Assembly: GCA_002438565.1 (NCBI GenBank)
Contig: DJPN01000022.1
Coordinates: forward strand, 2,492-66,491
Origin: Alphaproteobacteria bacterium UBA6411
GTDB taxonomy: Bacteria; Pseudomonadota; Alphaproteobacteria; CAAGCB01; CAG-977
Length of the DNA: 64,000 nucleotides
Reading direction: 5' to 3'
Positions within the stretch are counted from its first letter, which is position 1; each line of letters opens with the position of its first letter. Position numbers and translations under genes: made by a program. Below are positions 9,061 to 20,016 of this stretch, piece after piece. The notes under the pieces are model-generated. The model ran no database searches, was not told the DNA's origin, and worked only from the letters and a program-made list of their open reading frames with translations.

Positions 9061-9924
9061 TCAAGCGGTTTTTGCTGTTTTCAGCGCAATACAGCGCACA
9101 ATTCCGCCCAAATCCGTTCCGAACCCGTCGAAAACCAAGCCGTTTTGTTCCGCCAAAGCTTTAACCGCCTCATGCTGTCCCTTGCCGAATTCAAATACGG
9201 CAAGCCCGTCGGCGGCAAGCAACTTGCCCAAAACGGGAAACAAAGCGCGGTAGGCGTCCAATCCGTCCGCCCCTGCGAACAACGCCTGTTTCGGGTCGTA
9301 AAGCGCGACTTCGGGGTCAAGCTGTTCGTTGTCGCCGACATAGGGCGGATTGGAAATCACAATGTCGAACTTTCCAAAACCGTCGCTCCACCCGTCTTTG
9401 TTCCAATCGGCTTGAACGGTTTTGAACCGCGCGGCAAGCCCGTTTATCGCCGCGTTTTCCCGCGCGATTTGCAAAGCTTTTTCGCTTGAATCCGCCCCTG
9501 TCGCCGACGCGTTCAAATACTCGGACAGCAGGGACAGCGCCAAACATCCCGAACCCGTCCCCAAATCAAGGATTTTCAACGCGGCGGTTTTGTCCGTTTT
9601 GCGTTTCAAAATTTCCTCTATCAGCGTTTCGGAATCGGGGCGTGGGTCAAGCACGTCTTGCGTCACTTTAAAATCCAGCCGCCAGAACCCGCGCGTGCCG
9701 ATGATTTTCGACACGGGTTCGCGGTTCAGCCGCCGCCGTTTGAACGTTTCGATTTTTTCCGCCGCATCGTCTTCGATTTCGCAATCGGGGTGCATGCGCA
9801 CGAAAACGGGCTGTTTGTTCAGCGCAAAAGCCACCAGCAGACGGGCGTCCGCGCGGGCATCGTCAATCCCCGCTTGTTCAAAGGCGGCGGTCAAACTATC
9901 GAGAGTGATTTTTACTGTTGGCAC
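9061..9924 (-). CDS. prmC: Release-factor glutamine N5-methyltransferase PrmC/HemK
   Basis: 287 aa. It has ILDLGTGSGC (SAM motif I) and VISNPPYV (NPPY), and lies downstream of prfA. It uses a GTG start. Confidence 0.9.
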   Translation of the reverse strand: MPTVKITLDSLTAAFEQAGIDDARADARLLVAFALNKQPVFVRMHPDCEIEDDAAEKIETFKRRRLNREPVSKIIGTRGFWRLDFKVTQDVLDPRPDSETLIEEILKRKTDKTAALKILDLGTGSGCLALSLLSEYLNASATGADSSEKALQIARENAAINGLAARFKTVQADWNKDGWSDGFGKFDIVISNPPYVGDNEQLDPEVALYDPKQALFAGADGLDAYRALFPVLGKLLAADGLAVFEFGKGQHEAVKALAEQNGLVFDGFGTDLGGIVRCIALKTAKTA

Positions 9925-10067
9925 AAATATATACCCATATTCTCGGATTGATTTTAGGGGGCAAATGAAGGAAGACCCGACGCGCAGAAGCGCAAGCGTA
10001 CATTACGGTACGTGCGCATTCGAGCATCGGAAGCGACCGTACAGTTGCCGCATAAAATCAATCCCCG

Positions 10068-11138
10068 TTATTCCAACTCTGATAACCTCGACAGCTGGTC
10101 TTCCGTTAAAAGGGCATCAATAATTTCGCCCAACGCCGTCCCGTTCATCACTTCGTCAATCTTGTACAAAGTCAGATTGATGCGGTGGTCGGTGACGCGC
10201 CCCTGCGGAAAGTTGTAAGTGCGGATACGTTCGGAACGGTCGCCCGAACCGACTTGGTTTTTGCGGTCGACGGAACGTTCCTTGTCCAACGCTTCACGCT
10301 GCATGTCATACAGGCGGGAACGCAGGATTCTCATCGCGCGGTCTTTGTTTTTGAACTGCGACCGTTCGTCTTGGCACGCGACGACAAAGCCCGTCGGAAT
10401 GTGCGTGATGCGCACGGCGGATTCCGTTTTGTTGACGTGTTGTCCGCCCGCACCCGACGCGCGGTAAACGTCGATTTTCAAGTCTTTTTCATCGATTTTC
10501 AAATCGACTTCCTCGGCTTCGGGCAAAACGGCGACCGTCGCGGCGGACGTGTGAACGCGCCCTGCGGATTCCGTTTCGGGAACGCGCTGCACGCGGTGAA
10601 CGCCCGATTCAAACTTCAGTTTTTCAAACACGGATTTGCCCGTAATGCTGGCGGACGCTTCCTTGTACCCGCCCAATCCCGTATCGTTGACGGCCAGGGT
10701 TTCAAATTTCCACCCCTGTTCGGCAGCGTAATGTTCGTACATGCGGAACAGTTCGGCGGCAAACAAAGCGGCTTCCTCGCCGCCAGTGCCCGCGCGGACT
10801 TCCAAAATCGCGTTCTTTTCGTCAACCGCGTTTTTGGGCAGCAGCAGGATTTTCAGCTGTTTTTCCAGTTCGGGCAGGCGGTCTTTGGCGGCTTGCAGTT
10901 CCTCGTGCGCCAGCGCGCGCATTTCGGCGTCAAGGTCGGGGTCGTCCAGCAAAGCCTGCGTGTCCGCAACGTCCTGCTGCGCCTTTTTGTACGCCTTAAT
11001 CGCCTCGACAACGTCTTTCAAGCTTGCCAATTCTTTGGACAGCTTGACGAACGTTTCCCCGTCGGGGTTCGAGCCGAGTAAAGCCTCCAGTTCCTCGTTC
11101 CTCGCCAGAACGACGTTCAGTTTTTCCTCGAAGCTCAT
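10068..11138 (-). CDS. prfA: Peptide chain release factor 1
   Basis: 356 aa, with [21 protein letters not shown] (GGQ motif) and a PET tripeptide ([13 protein letters not shown], where RF1 usually has PxT). The ATGA overlaps the hisS stop. Confidence 0.97.
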   Translation of the reverse strand: MSFEEKLNVVLARNEELEALLGSNPDGETFVKLSKELASLKDVVEAIKAYKKAQQDVADTQALLDDPDLDAEMRALAHEELQAAKDRLPELEKQLKILLLPKNAVDEKNAILEVRAGTGGEEAALFAAELFRMYEHYAAEQGWKFETLAVNDTGLGGYKEASASITGKSVFEKLKFESGVHRVQRVPETESAGRVHTSAATVAVLPEAEEVDLKIDEKDLKIDVYRASGAGGQHVNKTESAVRITHIPTGFVVACQDERSQFKNKDRAMRILRSRLYDMQREALDKERSVDRKNQVGSGDRSERIRTYNFPQGRVTDHRINLTLYKIDEVMNGTALGEIIDALLTEDQLSRLSELE

Positions 11139-12397
11139 GCCTGCACCGTTTTATAGCGTTCCATCGCGGCGGCAATATCGCTCAACAGCACTTCGGTCTG
11201 GTCGCCCGTGTCCAAATCGCGCACGGTGGCAACGCCTTTCGCCAATTCGTCAGACCCCAGAATCACGGCGGCGCAAGCGTTGATTTTATTCGCTTTTTTC
11301 ATGCGCTTGCCCATATTGCCCGAATACGCCATGTCGACGATATAGCCCGCTTGGCGCAAATCGTGCGCGATTTTCATAATCGGCAGCAGCGTGTCTTCGC
11401 CGACGGGAACGACGGCAATCGGACGGGGCTGAGGACGCACCAAGCCCGCTTCGGCGACCAGCAAAGCCAGACGGTCGATGCCCGCGCCGAACCCGATGCC
11501 CGCCGTTTGCGACCCGCCCAGTTGTTGAACCAGTCCGTCATAACGTCCGCCCGCCAAAACCGTGCCTTGCGCGCCCAAAGAATCGGTCACGAATTCAAAA
11601 ACCGTGTGGCGGTAATAGTCCAGCCCGCGCACCAGCCGCGGATTGACGACGAACGGAATGCCCAAAGCGTTCAGTCCGTCCTGTACGGCGTCAAAGAATT
11701 TCTTGGATTCTTCGTTTAAAAAATCCGTCATCTTCGGCGCGTTTTCGACGATTTTCTTGTCGCCCTCATCCTTGGAATCCAAAATGCGAAGCGGATTTTT
11801 TTCCAAACGCACGCGGCTGTCTTCGCTCAATTTGTCCTTGAAGTCCGAAAAATAGGCGACCAAAGCATCGCGGTACGCCGCGCGGCTTTCCACATCGCCC
11901 AGCGTGTTCAGTTCCAAACGGATATACTTTTGCAGTCCAAGCGCGCTCAAAAAGTCCCATGCCAAACACAGCACTTCGACGTCGGTTTGGGGCGTCGCCG
12001 CGCCCAAGATTTCCACACCGACTTGATGCAGCTGACGGTAGCGTCCCTTTTGCGGACGTTCATAGCGGAACATCGGTCCCGCGTACATCAGCTTGACGGG
12101 CTGATTCTGCTCCATGCCCTCGGAAATGAAAGCGCGCACAACGCCCGCCGTTCCTTCGGGACGCAGGGTGAAGCTTTCGCCGCCCCTGTCCGTGAACGTG
12201 TACATTTCCTTGGACACGATGTCGGACGTTTCGCCGACGCCGCGGCAAAAGACCTCGGTCGATTCGAAAATCGGGGTTTGGATTTCGCCGAATCCGTAGC
12301 GTTTGGCGAATTCGCGCGCCGTGTTTTCGACCTGTTTGAACGCCGCCAAATCTGCGCCGTATATGTCGCGTGTTCCGCGCGCCGGTTGAATCGTCAT
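11135..12397 (-). CDS. hisS: Histidine--tRNA ligase
   Basis: 420 aa. [23 protein letters not shown] and GGRYDGL are class II HisRS motifs. Confidence 0.95.
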   Translation of the reverse strand: MTIQPARGTRDIYGADLAAFKQVENTAREFAKRYGFGEIQTPIFESTEVFCRGVGETSDIVSKEMYTFTDRGGESFTLRPEGTAGVVRAFISEGMEQNQPVKLMYAGPMFRYERPQKGRYRQLHQVGVEILGAATPQTDVEVLCLAWDFLSALGLQKYIRLELNTLGDVESRAAYRDALVAYFSDFKDKLSEDSRVRLEKNPLRILDSKDEGDKKIVENAPKMTDFLNEESKKFFDAVQDGLNALGIPFVVNPRLVRGLDYYRHTVFEFVTDSLGAQGTVLAGGRYDGLVQQLGGSQTAGIGFGAGIDRLALLVAEAGLVRPQPRPIAVVPVGEDTLLPIMKIAHDLRQAGYIVDMAYSGNMGKRMKKANKINACAAVILGSDELAKGVATVRDLDTGDQTEVLLSDIAAAMERYKTVQA

Positions 12398-13476
12398 TGT
12401 TTGTTTCCTACCATTTCTTCCGCCAAAGCGGCGATTGTTTCGACAGCGTTTTCCGCGTTAATCGGTTCCTTTTGCTCGCCTTTGACAAACAGCAAAGCCT
12501 TGCCGTTGCCGCCGCCGCAAACGCCGATATCGGCGCCGTGCGCTTCCCCCGGACCGTTGACGACACAGCCCATCACCGCGATTTTCAGCGGGTCGGAGAT
12601 GTGTTCCAAACGGACTTCCAACGCTTTGACGACGCTTTCAACGTCAATGCCGCGTCTGGCGCACGTCGGACAAGACACGATGCGGACGCCGTGATAGCGC
12701 AATCCCAAAGTGCGCAGAATTTCAAAGCCGACTTTGATTTCTTCAGTCACGTCGGCGGTCAGCGAAACGCGCAAAGTGTCGCCGATGCCCTGCATCAGCA
12801 AAGATCCGATGCCCAGCGCGGATTTGACCGTTCCCGCGCGCAGTCCGCCCGCTTCGGTCACGCCCAGATGCAGCGGATAGTCGCATTGTTCCGCCAGCTG
12901 GCGGTACGCTTCCATCATCATCAGCGTATCCGACGATTTGACCGAAATTTTAAAGTTGAAAAAGTCGTTGTCCTCTAAAATCTTGGCATGCTGCAGCGCG
13001 CTTTCGACCATGGCTTCGGGACAGGGTTCGCCGTATTTGTCCAGCAAAGCCTTGTCCAAAGACCCGCCGTTGACGCCGATGCGCATGGAGCAGTTATGGT
13101 CTTTCGCCGCTTTAATCACTTCGCGCACGCGGTCGGCGGAACCGATGTTCCCCGGATTGATGCGCAGGCACGCCGCGCCCGCTTCGGCGGATTCAATCGC
13201 GCGCTTATAGTGAAAATGGATGTCCGCGACAATCGGCACTTTGACCTGTTTGACGATTTCGCGCAAAGCGGCGGTCGATTCCTCGTCGGGGCAGGAAACG
13301 CGCACGATGTCCGCGCCGACGGCTTCCAAAGCGCGGATTTGCGCCACCGTCGCCGCAGCGTCCTTGGTCGGCGTGTTCGTCATGGATTGAACGGAAATCG
13401 GTGCGCCGTCGCCGACAGGCACTTTACCGACATAAACGCGGCGGGATTTCCGACGCTTGATTTCAAAATTTTTCAT
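12394..13476 (-). CDS. ispG: 4-hydroxy-3-methylbut-2-en-1-yl diphosphate synthase (flavodoxin)
   Basis: 360 aa. [22 protein letters not shown] and GCVVNGPGE are typical of GcpE/IspG. It overlaps the hisS start by 4 nt. Confidence 0.95.
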   Translation of the reverse strand: MKNFEIKRRKSRRVYVGKVPVGDGAPISVQSMTNTPTKDAAATVAQIRALEAVGADIVRVSCPDEESTAALREIVKQVKVPIVADIHFHYKRAIESAEAGAACLRINPGNIGSADRVREVIKAAKDHNCSMRIGVNGGSLDKALLDKYGEPCPEAMVESALQHAKILEDNDFFNFKISVKSSDTLMMMEAYRQLAEQCDYPLHLGVTEAGGLRAGTVKSALGIGSLLMQGIGDTLRVSLTADVTEEIKVGFEILRTLGLRYHGVRIVSCPTCARRGIDVESVVKALEVRLEHISDPLKIAVMGCVVNGPGEAHGADIGVCGGGNGKALLFVKGEQKEPINAENAVETIAALAEEMVGNKQ

Positions 13477-14420
13477 TATTCATCCAACTCCGCTGCTTCT
13501 TTTTGAATAAAATTGTCGGGATTCAAGGGAATATTCGTTCTCAAAGCCCCTTTCGGTCCGACGGGCGGCATCAATTCTCCATCCAAAAAAACATCCAAAC
13601 CGCCCGCGTTGCCCGTCTTTAAAAACAGATTTTCGGGATTGCGGGAAACTTGGTAACGGTCGCCCTTGTTCAGCACGCGGGAAATCAAAACGGTTTCTCC
13701 GCGTCTGACCTCGATCCACGCCGCTTCGTTCGCAACCAGAACCAGCCGTGGATTGACGTTGCGCTGTCCGTAAATGTGAATATTCTCGACCTGTTCTTCG
13801 GAAATGCCTCGCTCTGCGGGAACAGTGCGTCCGGCGTCCATATCTTCGGAAGCGGCAGCGGCGTTTTCGTCGCCCGCAGGAATTTCCGGCTTTTTGGCCG
13901 GAACGGGGGGAACAGGCGTTTCGGCGGATGTTTCCGCAGCGTTTTCAGCCGCTTGAACAGGCAGAGGATACGATTCGTCCAGAACCGTTACCGCCTCCGC
14001 TTCCGGCGCGGCAACGACCACAACGGGATCATTTGTGTGAAATCCTTTCCAGATGCAGAAAATCACTATCAGCGCCACCGCCGACACAATCAAGGTCACA
14101 GGCTTCGGCGCCAAAGTTTCATTCTCGGATTCTTCCAATCGTTCCGAATCCTCTTCACTCTCCGCCGCTCTGCCGGACATTTCCTGTTTGTACTGCGCAA
14201 CGGTTTTGTTCGCGTCCAGCCCCAAATAAGCGGCGTAGCTGCGCACAAATCCCTGCGCGTAAGCGTCCCCCGGCAATTCTTTGGTGTTGCCGTTTTCCAG
14301 CGCGTCCAAAAATCTGGCGCGAATGCACAAATATGCCGCAATATCCTGTAAATCCAATTTTTTAGCTAAACGGGTGCGGCGCAACAATTCTCCGACGGTT
14401 TCGTTTTCCTGATTTTCCAT
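13476..14420 (-). CDS. rodZ: RodZ-like cytoskeleton protein (XRE HTH + TM + DUF4115)
   Basis: It has an N-terminal HTH ([34 protein letters not shown]), one TM segment ([17 protein letters not shown]), and a C-terminal DUF4115-like beta domain. Its position next to ispG is the classic synteny. Confidence 0.75.
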   Translation of the reverse strand: MENQENETVGELLRRTRLAKKLDLQDIAAYLCIRARFLDALENGNTKELPGDAYAQGFVRSYAAYLGLDANKTVAQYKQEMSGRAAESEEDSERLEESENETLAPKPVTLIVSAVALIVIFCIWKGFHTNDPVVVVAAPEAEAVTVLDESYPLPVQAAENAAETSAETPVPPVPAKKPEIPAGDENAAAASEDMDAGRTVPAERGISEEQVENIHIYGQRNVNPRLVLVANEAAWIEVRRGETVLISRVLNKGDRYQVSRNPENLFLKTGNAGGLDVFLDGELMPPVGPKGALRTNIPLNPDNFIQKEAAELDE

Positions 14421-14439
14421 CGCTGTAAAATCCCCTCTT

Positions 14440-15444
14440 TTAAGCCTTTTGCCAACGGGTCAAGGCGGCTTCCGCGCCGTCGACCAGCTCTTGAACGATT
14501 TCGGCGGCGGGCTTGATGTCTTTGACCAGTCCGACGCTCTGCCCCGCCATAACGGATCCGTTTTCGACGTCGCCGTCAATCACGGCGCGGCGCAAAGCCC
14601 CGCCCCAGAAATGTTCGATTTGCATTTGCGCGTCTTTCAGTTCGACTTCGCCCCTTTGATATTTTTCAATCATTTCCAGCTGGAACGCCATAAAACGTTT
14701 CGTGCCTTCGTTCGCCAAAGCGCGAACGGGAATGACGGGAAAACGCGCGTCCAGCTGAACGGTCGGAACGGCGTCGCGGGCGTTTGCCTTGATAAACGCC
14801 TGTTTGAAGTTCGGATGCGCGATACATTCGGCCGCGCAGACAAAACGCGTGCCCAGCTGACAGCCCGCCGCGCCCATCGCCAGAAAAGCCGCCATCATTT
14901 CACCCGATCCGATGCCGCCCGCGACAAACACGGGAACGTCCTTGACCGCGGGCAGGATTTCCTGCACCAGAACGTTTGTGGCAACGGGGCCGATGTGGCC
15001 GCCGGCTTCCGTGCCTTCCAAAATCAGCGCGTCAACGCCCGAACGCAACAGCTTTTTCGCCAGAACCAAAGCGGGCGCGAAGCACATCACTTTGATGCCC
15101 GCGTCTTTCAGTTCCTTAACCCAAGCGACATTGGGGATTCCGCCGCCCAAAATGACGTGCGACACCTTTTGACGCACGCAAACAGCGACCAGCTCCTCGA
15201 TTTGCGGGTGCATGGTCATAATGTTGACGCCGAAGTTTTTATCGGTCAGCTTGCGGATTTCGTCGATTTCGTTCGACAGCATTTCGGGGGGCATCGCGCC
15301 GCCCGCCAACACGCCGAAAGCCCCCGCGTTCGACACCGCGGCGACCAAGTGATGTTCGGAAACCCACGACATCGCCCCGCACATAATCGCGTATTGCGTG
15401 CCTAAGAAATCCTTGCCTTTCTGCCAAAACGAATCGATTAACAT
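14440..15444 (-). CDS. NAD(P)H-dependent flavin oxidoreductase of the nitronate monooxygenase / FabK family
   Basis: 334 aa. MCGAMSWVS, ILEGTEAGGHIG and VAGGIGSG are hallmarks of TIM-barrel NMO/FabK. Confidence 0.75.
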   Translation of the reverse strand: MLIDSFWQKGKDFLGTQYAIMCGAMSWVSEHHLVAAVSNAGAFGVLAGGAMPPEMLSNEIDEIRKLTDKNFGVNIMTMHPQIEELVAVCVRQKVSHVILGGGIPNVAWVKELKDAGIKVMCFAPALVLAKKLLRSGVDALILEGTEAGGHIGPVATNVLVQEILPAVKDVPVFVAGGIGSGEMMAAFLAMGAAGCQLGTRFVCAAECIAHPNFKQAFIKANARDAVPTVQLDARFPVIPVRALANEGTKRFMAFQLEMIEKYQRGEVELKDAQMQIEHFWGGALRRAVIDGDVENGSVMAGQSVGLVKDIKPAAEIVQELVDGAEAALTRWQKA

Positions 15445-16676
15445 GCCGCACCTTCCTTTTTATCCAGATTGAAAGCGGCATGCAAAGCGCGCACCGCCAA
15501 TTCCGCATAATCCGCGGGAATCAGAACGCTGATTTTGATTTCGGACGTCGAAATCGCTTGAACGTTGATGCCTTTTTCGGACAAAGCGGAAAACATCTTG
15601 CGCGCGATGCCCGTGTGGGTGCGCATGCCGACCCCGACCAAAGACACTTTGACGCAATCGGTGTCGGAAACGATTTTTTCATAACCGATGCGGCCGCGGT
15701 TCTTTTCCAAAACCGCCATGGCTTTTTTCAGTTCGGATTCGGGCAAAGTGAACGTAATGTCCGTATGCGCCCCGTCCGCCGCGTCGGATTGAACAATCAT
15801 GTCGACGCAGATATTGGCATCCGCCATTGCGTCGAAAATCGCCGCAGAAACGCCCGGTTCGTCGCGCAGCCCCGCCAAAGTGATTTTGGCTTCGTCCCTG
15901 CTGTAAGTAATGCCGCTGATAATTTCTTTTTCCACGATGTCTTCCTCATCACAAATGGTTGTTCCGACGGGATTTTCCTCGAAGCTGGAAACCACGCGCA
16001 GATTGACTTGATATTTCATGGCCAGTTCGACCGAACGGGTTTGCAGGACTTTTGCGCCCAAAGACGCCATTTCCAGCATTTCTTCGTACGTTACCTTGTC
16101 CAGCTTGCGGGCGTTTTTCACAAAGCGCGGATCGGTCGTGTAAACACCGTCCACATCCGTGTAAATGTCGCAGCGGTCCGCTTTCAGCACCGCCGCCAAA
16201 GCCACCGCCGACGTATCCGAACCGCCGCGCCCCAAAGTCGTTATCCGCCCCGCCGCGTTGACCCCTTGAAAGCCCGCGACAACGGGAACGATTCCCTTGT
16301 CCAGACACGCTTTCAGCAGTTCCGTGTCGATTTGTTCGATTCGCGCTTTAGACGCCGCGGCATCGGTTAAAACGGGAACCTGCCACCCCGTGAAAGACCG
16401 CGCGGGGACGCCTGCCGCCTGCAAAGCCATGGCCAGCAGCCCGATAGTCACCTGTTCGCCCGTCGACACAACGACATCGTATTCTTCGGGGCTGTAATCG
16501 GGGGAAACATCTTGACAAAACTTGACCAGCTGATTGGTTACGCCCGCCATCGCCGACACGACGACGACGACTTGGTTGCCTTGATCAACCTCGGCTTTGA
16601 CCTTTTTGGCGACGTTTTGGATACGTTCCACGTCCGCAACCGAAGTGCCGCCGAATTTCTGTACGATACACGCCAT
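15438..16676 (-). CDS. lysC: Aspartate kinase
   Basis: MACIVQKFGGTSV ..., VVSAMAGVTN, GRGGSDTSA and two C-terminal ACT repeats. I prefer the ATG at 16676 (GGA SD-like upstream) over the track start at 16694. Confidence 0.93.
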   Translation of the reverse strand: MACIVQKFGGTSVADVERIQNVAKKVKAEVDQGNQVVVVVSAMAGVTNQLVKFCQDVSPDYSPEEYDVVVSTGEQVTIGLLAMALQAAGVPARSFTGWQVPVLTDAAASKARIEQIDTELLKACLDKGIVPVVAGFQGVNAAGRITTLGRGGSDTSAVALAAVLKADRCDIYTDVDGVYTTDPRFVKNARKLDKVTYEEMLEMASLGAKVLQTRSVELAMKYQVNLRVVSSFEENPVGTTICDEEDIVEKEIISGITYSRDEAKITLAGLRDEPGVSAAIFDAMADANICVDMIVQSDAADGAHTDITFTLPESELKKAMAVLEKNRGRIGYEKIVSDTDCVKVSLVGVGMRTHTGIARKMFSALSEKGINVQAISTSEIKISVLIPADYAELAVRALHAAFNLDKKEGAAC

Positions 16677-16796
16677 TTTAAAGTCCTGACACACCTTAAA
16701 AACAATAAATCGAATCTATATAGCGCACTTGGCTTGACAACGCAAGAATTTGCTTTAACAATCAATGCGGCGAAACAGCGTAAAAGGAGCATTGAC

Positions 16797-17159
16797 ATGA
16801 CTGTGAAATACGAACGGGGCGCGCACGACGCGCGTCCGTGGGGAACATGGGAAGTACTGGATACGGGGGACAAACACACGGTTAAAAGAATCGTCGTCAT
16901 CCCGAACGGCAAGCTGTCTTTGCAAAGCCATGACCACCGCGACGAACATTGGATTATCGTCGACGGCACGGCGCAAGTCACCGTCGGGGACAAAGTGTTC
17001 TCCGCGACGGCGAACACGCCGATTTTCATTCCGGCAAAGACAAAACACAGAATCCAAAACATCGGCGAAACCCCGATGATTTTCATCGAAGTCCAAACGG
17101 GCGACGAACTGGACGAAAACGACATCGTCCGCTACGAAGACGTTTACGGACGCGTTTAA
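16797..17159 (+). CDS. Cupin-domain protein resembling the C-terminal domain of type II mannose-6-phosphate isomerase
   Basis: This is an internal ATG of track ORF 16512..17159, preceded by AAAAGGAG. The product is 120 aa: RPWGTWEVL ... KRIVVIPNGKLSLQSHDHRDEHWIIV ... HRIQNIG. The 5' part of the track ORF is antisense to lysC. Confidence 0.75.
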   Translation: MTVKYERGAHDARPWGTWEVLDTGDKHTVKRIVVIPNGKLSLQSHDHRDEHWIIVDGTAQVTVGDKVFSATANTPIFIPAKTKHRIQNIGETPMIFIEVQTGDELDENDIVRYEDVYGRV

Positions 17160-17770
17160 TCCCGAACGGCTTTTGCAAAAGTCAGCAGGCGCACCTCTTT
17201 CGCCCCCGCCGCGCGCAGTACGGCGGCGCACGCGTTAAAGGTTGCGCCCGTTGTCGTTACGTCGTCAACAACGACCGCGATTTTGCCTTTGACATCGCCT
17301 TGACCGTATTCAAACGCATGCCTGACGTTTTCAAAGCGTTTGGAACGGCTGGACTGTTTGGCGGTCATTTTGACGCGCTTCAAAACGAACGGATTGTGCT
17401 TGACTCCCGTTTCTTTTGCCACCGCGTCCGCCAGCAAAGCGGCTTGATTGTATTTGCGCGCAAAAAGCCTGCGCCTGTGCAAAGGCACGGAAACCAGCAT
17501 ATCAGCGCCGTTCAAAACGTCCCTGCCCGCGCGCGCCATCATTTTTCCCATCATCGGCGCCAGCTCCGCCGCGTCGCCGTACTTCAAAGCCAGCAACAGT
17601 TGTTTGCCGACATCGCCATACACGACGGCGGCGGCCGCTTGAGGTGTCGAGCCCGCGTAAAACTTCAGTTTGGCATAGCAGTCGGCGCACAAAGCCCCCG
17701 CCTGTCCGATTCTTTTACCGCAAACGGGACAGACGGGCGGAAACAGCAAATTCAGCAGTGTTTCAAACAT
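17156..17770 (-). CDS. ComF-family phosphoribosyltransferase-like protein
   Basis: It has an N-terminal zinc-finger-like CPVCG ... CADC and a PRTase motif VVVDDVTTTGAT. I prefer the ATG at 17770 over the TTG at 17791. Confidence 0.8.
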   Translation of the reverse strand: MFETLLNLLFPPVCPVCGKRIGQAGALCADCYAKLKFYAGSTPQAAAAVVYGDVGKQLLLALKYGDAAELAPMMGKMMARAGRDVLNGADMLVSVPLHRRRLFARKYNQAALLADAVAKETGVKHNPFVLKRVKMTAKQSSRSKRFENVRHAFEYGQGDVKGKIAVVVDDVTTTGATFNACAAVLRAAGAKEVRLLTFAKAVRD

Positions 17771-17839
17771 AAAAAACTGGTCAATCTTCAAAATTATGGT
17801 ATATAGTCGGATTATACGTCCAAAGGAGCGGAGATTGTA

Positions 17840-18373
17840 ATGAAAAAATATTTTGTCTTGTTCGTGCTGGCATTGGCGGCTTGTTCAACCGTTACGGACG
17901 GTTACGACGGCGCAACGGAATTGGATGTCGAATTCCTCCAGCCGACAAAATGGAACGGCAATGTCATTCCCGCTCAGCAAATCTGCCGCCGCGAAGGCGG
18001 CCGCGGTTCGACTCCGCCTTTGTACATCGGTTCGATTCCGCCCGAAACAAATTTGATTATTATGGAAATCAACAATATCGACATTCCCGAATTGGAAAAA
18101 GCGGGACAGGGAAGCATCGGCTTTTATCACGACGGTTCCGATTCCGCCGTTCTGATGCCCGTTCCGGGGGAAACATTCCGCCTGCCGTCTTTCGCGTTTG
18201 AAGAAAAGGCCAGCAAAATCTACCCCGCGCAGCCGTGGCCTTACATGCCGCCGTGCCATTTGAAAAACTATCATTACACGGCGACCGTTTTGGCGGTCAA
18301 GCGCACGGGATCGTTCGACAAGCAGGTTACCCGCGTTCTGGGCGTCGGAACAATCGACTTGGGTCGGTATTAA
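17840..18373 (+). CDS. Lipoprotein, possibly PEBP/YbhB-like
   Basis: There is a lipobox in LALAAC|S. IPAQQICRREGGRGSTPPLYIGSIPPETNLIIMEINNIDIP and YMPPCHLKNYHYTATVLAV resemble the PEBP family layout. This is a by-eye match only. Confidence 0.5.
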   Translation: MKKYFVLFVLALAACSTVTDGYDGATELDVEFLQPTKWNGNVIPAQQICRREGGRGSTPPLYIGSIPPETNLIIMEINNIDIPELEKAGQGSIGFYHDGSDSAVLMPVPGETFRLPSFAFEEKASKIYPAQPWPYMPPCHLKNYHYTATVLAVKRTGSFDKQVTRVLGVGTIDLGRY

Positions 18374-19371
18374 AAGCTGAACCGCGCGTCCGAAGCCGTA
18401 TCCGCGTCTTTGTCGCTCATTTTGTCAAAGTCGTCGTCTTCCAGCGAAACGTCTTCCAGAACGACCGAGGCGTCCAAAAAAGTTTCCGTTATTTCCGCGG
18501 ACAAAACCGCGCCTTGGTTCATGCCGCCCCAAATCAAAGCGTCTTCATCGTCGGGCGTTCCGTATTTCTGCGTCAGCAGCTGCAAAAAATCCCGCCGTCT
18601 GGCGTTTTTCAAATAGACGCCCTCCTCCGTTACGCCCAAAGAATGATCTCCTTTGCCGACATAACGGATTCTGAAAGCGCGGTTGCCTGTGTAAAAACTG
18701 GTGAAATCGACATACAGCCGTTCTTTTTTGGCCTTGTTTTCAAAAAACAGCTGCTGAATGTACTGTGCCTTGTCATGCTTGGCCAGTTCGTCAATGCAGT
18801 ATTTCATGTCCGAATATTTTTTTCCGGCGGCGCTTCCGTTTAAACAATCCCGTTTGTATCGCCATTCATCCAGCTGAGGGATGCTTCTGCTGACGCGCTT
18901 GAGCGTAAAGCCGCGCGCCGTTGCGGCTTCCACGGCCTGTTCCGGCAGCTGTTTCAACGAAACGCCGGCAACATCGAATTTGTCGACGCGGGAATCGGTC
19001 TTTTTCTTTTTGATTTTTTTCAGACGCATTTCATACAAAGACTGCCCGCTGTCCTTTTTGGGCGCAACATTCTTCCCCAAAGAAGGCAGCTGCTCTTCCT
19101 GCGCGTTCCCCAATGCGGGCAGCGCGGGAAGCGCGGGCTTTGGAGCAGGCTTCGACACGGACTTTTCCGCCGTTTGGACGGCGGGTTTTGCGGAAACCGA
19201 AGGTTTCGGAGCAGTTTTCGGCGCAGGCGCCGGCGCGCTTTTTGCTTTCGGGGCAGCAGCTTCCGGTAAAGAGCTTTGCAAATCGTCGTCATCAAACAAA
19301 TCGTCCATCGTTTGCGCCGAAACGGCCGTGGAAAACAACAGCATTGAAAAAAGGATAAAAACTTGCTTCAT
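18370..19371 (-). CDS. Secreted hypothetical protein with an Ala/Pro/Lys-rich linker
   Basis: There is a signal peptide MKQVFILFSMLLFSTAVSA|Q (ATG at 19371), then a low-complexity region APKAKSAPAPAPKTAPKP..., then a globular C-terminal domain. I recognised no family. Confidence 0.55.
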   Translation of the reverse strand: MKQVFILFSMLLFSTAVSAQTMDDLFDDDDLQSSLPEAAAPKAKSAPAPAPKTAPKPSVSAKPAVQTAEKSVSKPAPKPALPALPALGNAQEEQLPSLGKNVAPKKDSGQSLYEMRLKKIKKKKTDSRVDKFDVAGVSLKQLPEQAVEAATARGFTLKRVSRSIPQLDEWRYKRDCLNGSAAGKKYSDMKYCIDELAKHDKAQYIQQLFFENKAKKERLYVDFTSFYTGNRAFRIRYVGKGDHSLGVTEEGVYLKNARRRDFLQLLTQKYGTPDDEDALIWGGMNQGAVLSAEITETFLDASVVLEDVSLEDDDFDKMSDKDADTASDARFSF

Positions 19372-19455
19372 CGCGCCCGCTGATAAGAAAGGATTAACAC
19401 TCGACATTTATAGTATAAACAGAGTGTTACTTTTTTTTAAACAGGAAAGCGAATT

Positions 19456-20010
19456 ATGACAAAAATTAAATCCTTGGGCGTTTTTTGCGGGTCGGCCGAC
19501 GGCAAGAATCCCGCTTATGTCAAGGCCGCCGAAAAATTGGGAAAAACGCTTGCCGAAAACAATATTGAATTGATTTACGGCGCGGGACACGTCGGCATGA
19601 TGGGCGCGGTCGCCCGCGGCGCGCTGGAAAACGGCGGGCGCGTCATCGGCATTATCAACACTTTGCTGCAGGATCGCGAAAAACAGATTTTTAAATTGAC
19701 GGAACTGAAAATCCTGCCGTCGCTGCACATCCGCAAAGACGCCATGTTCGCCGCGTCGGACGCTTTTTGCGTTTTGCCCGGCGGCATCGGCACTTTGGAC
19801 GAAGTGTTTGAAATCGTAACATTAAAGCAAATCGGCGAACATAACAAACCGATTATCATGTATAACGAAAACGGATTTTGGGAACCTTACCGCGCGATTA
19901 TCGAACGCCTGATCGACGAAGGCTACGTCAAGCCCGAACACGCGAAATTGGTTACCTACGTCGACAAAGTCGAAGACATTCTGCCCGCCATTGATGCGGA
20001 AATCGGCTAA
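19456..20010 (+). CDS. LOG-family (TIGR00730) nucleotide phosphoribohydrolase
   Basis: 184 aa. VFCGSADG, YGAGHVGMMG and PGGIGTLDEVFE are the LOG signature. Confidence 0.85.
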   Translation: MTKIKSLGVFCGSADGKNPAYVKAAEKLGKTLAENNIELIYGAGHVGMMGAVARGALENGGRVIGIINTLLQDREKQIFKLTELKILPSLHIRKDAMFAASDAFCVLPGGIGTLDEVFEIVTLKQIGEHNKPIIMYNENGFWEPYRAIIERLIDEGYVKPEHAKLVTYVDKVEDILPAIDAEIG

Positions 20011-20016
20011 GTCCCG

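Noticed and set aside
9925-10067. The 143-nt spacer with a GCGCA-AG-CGTAC / GTACG-TGCGC hairpin between prfA and prmC, in an otherwise overlapping operon.
   Set aside because: It is most simply an intercistronic stabiliser or processing hairpin. I recognised no conserved motif, and no ORF or repeat is associated with it.
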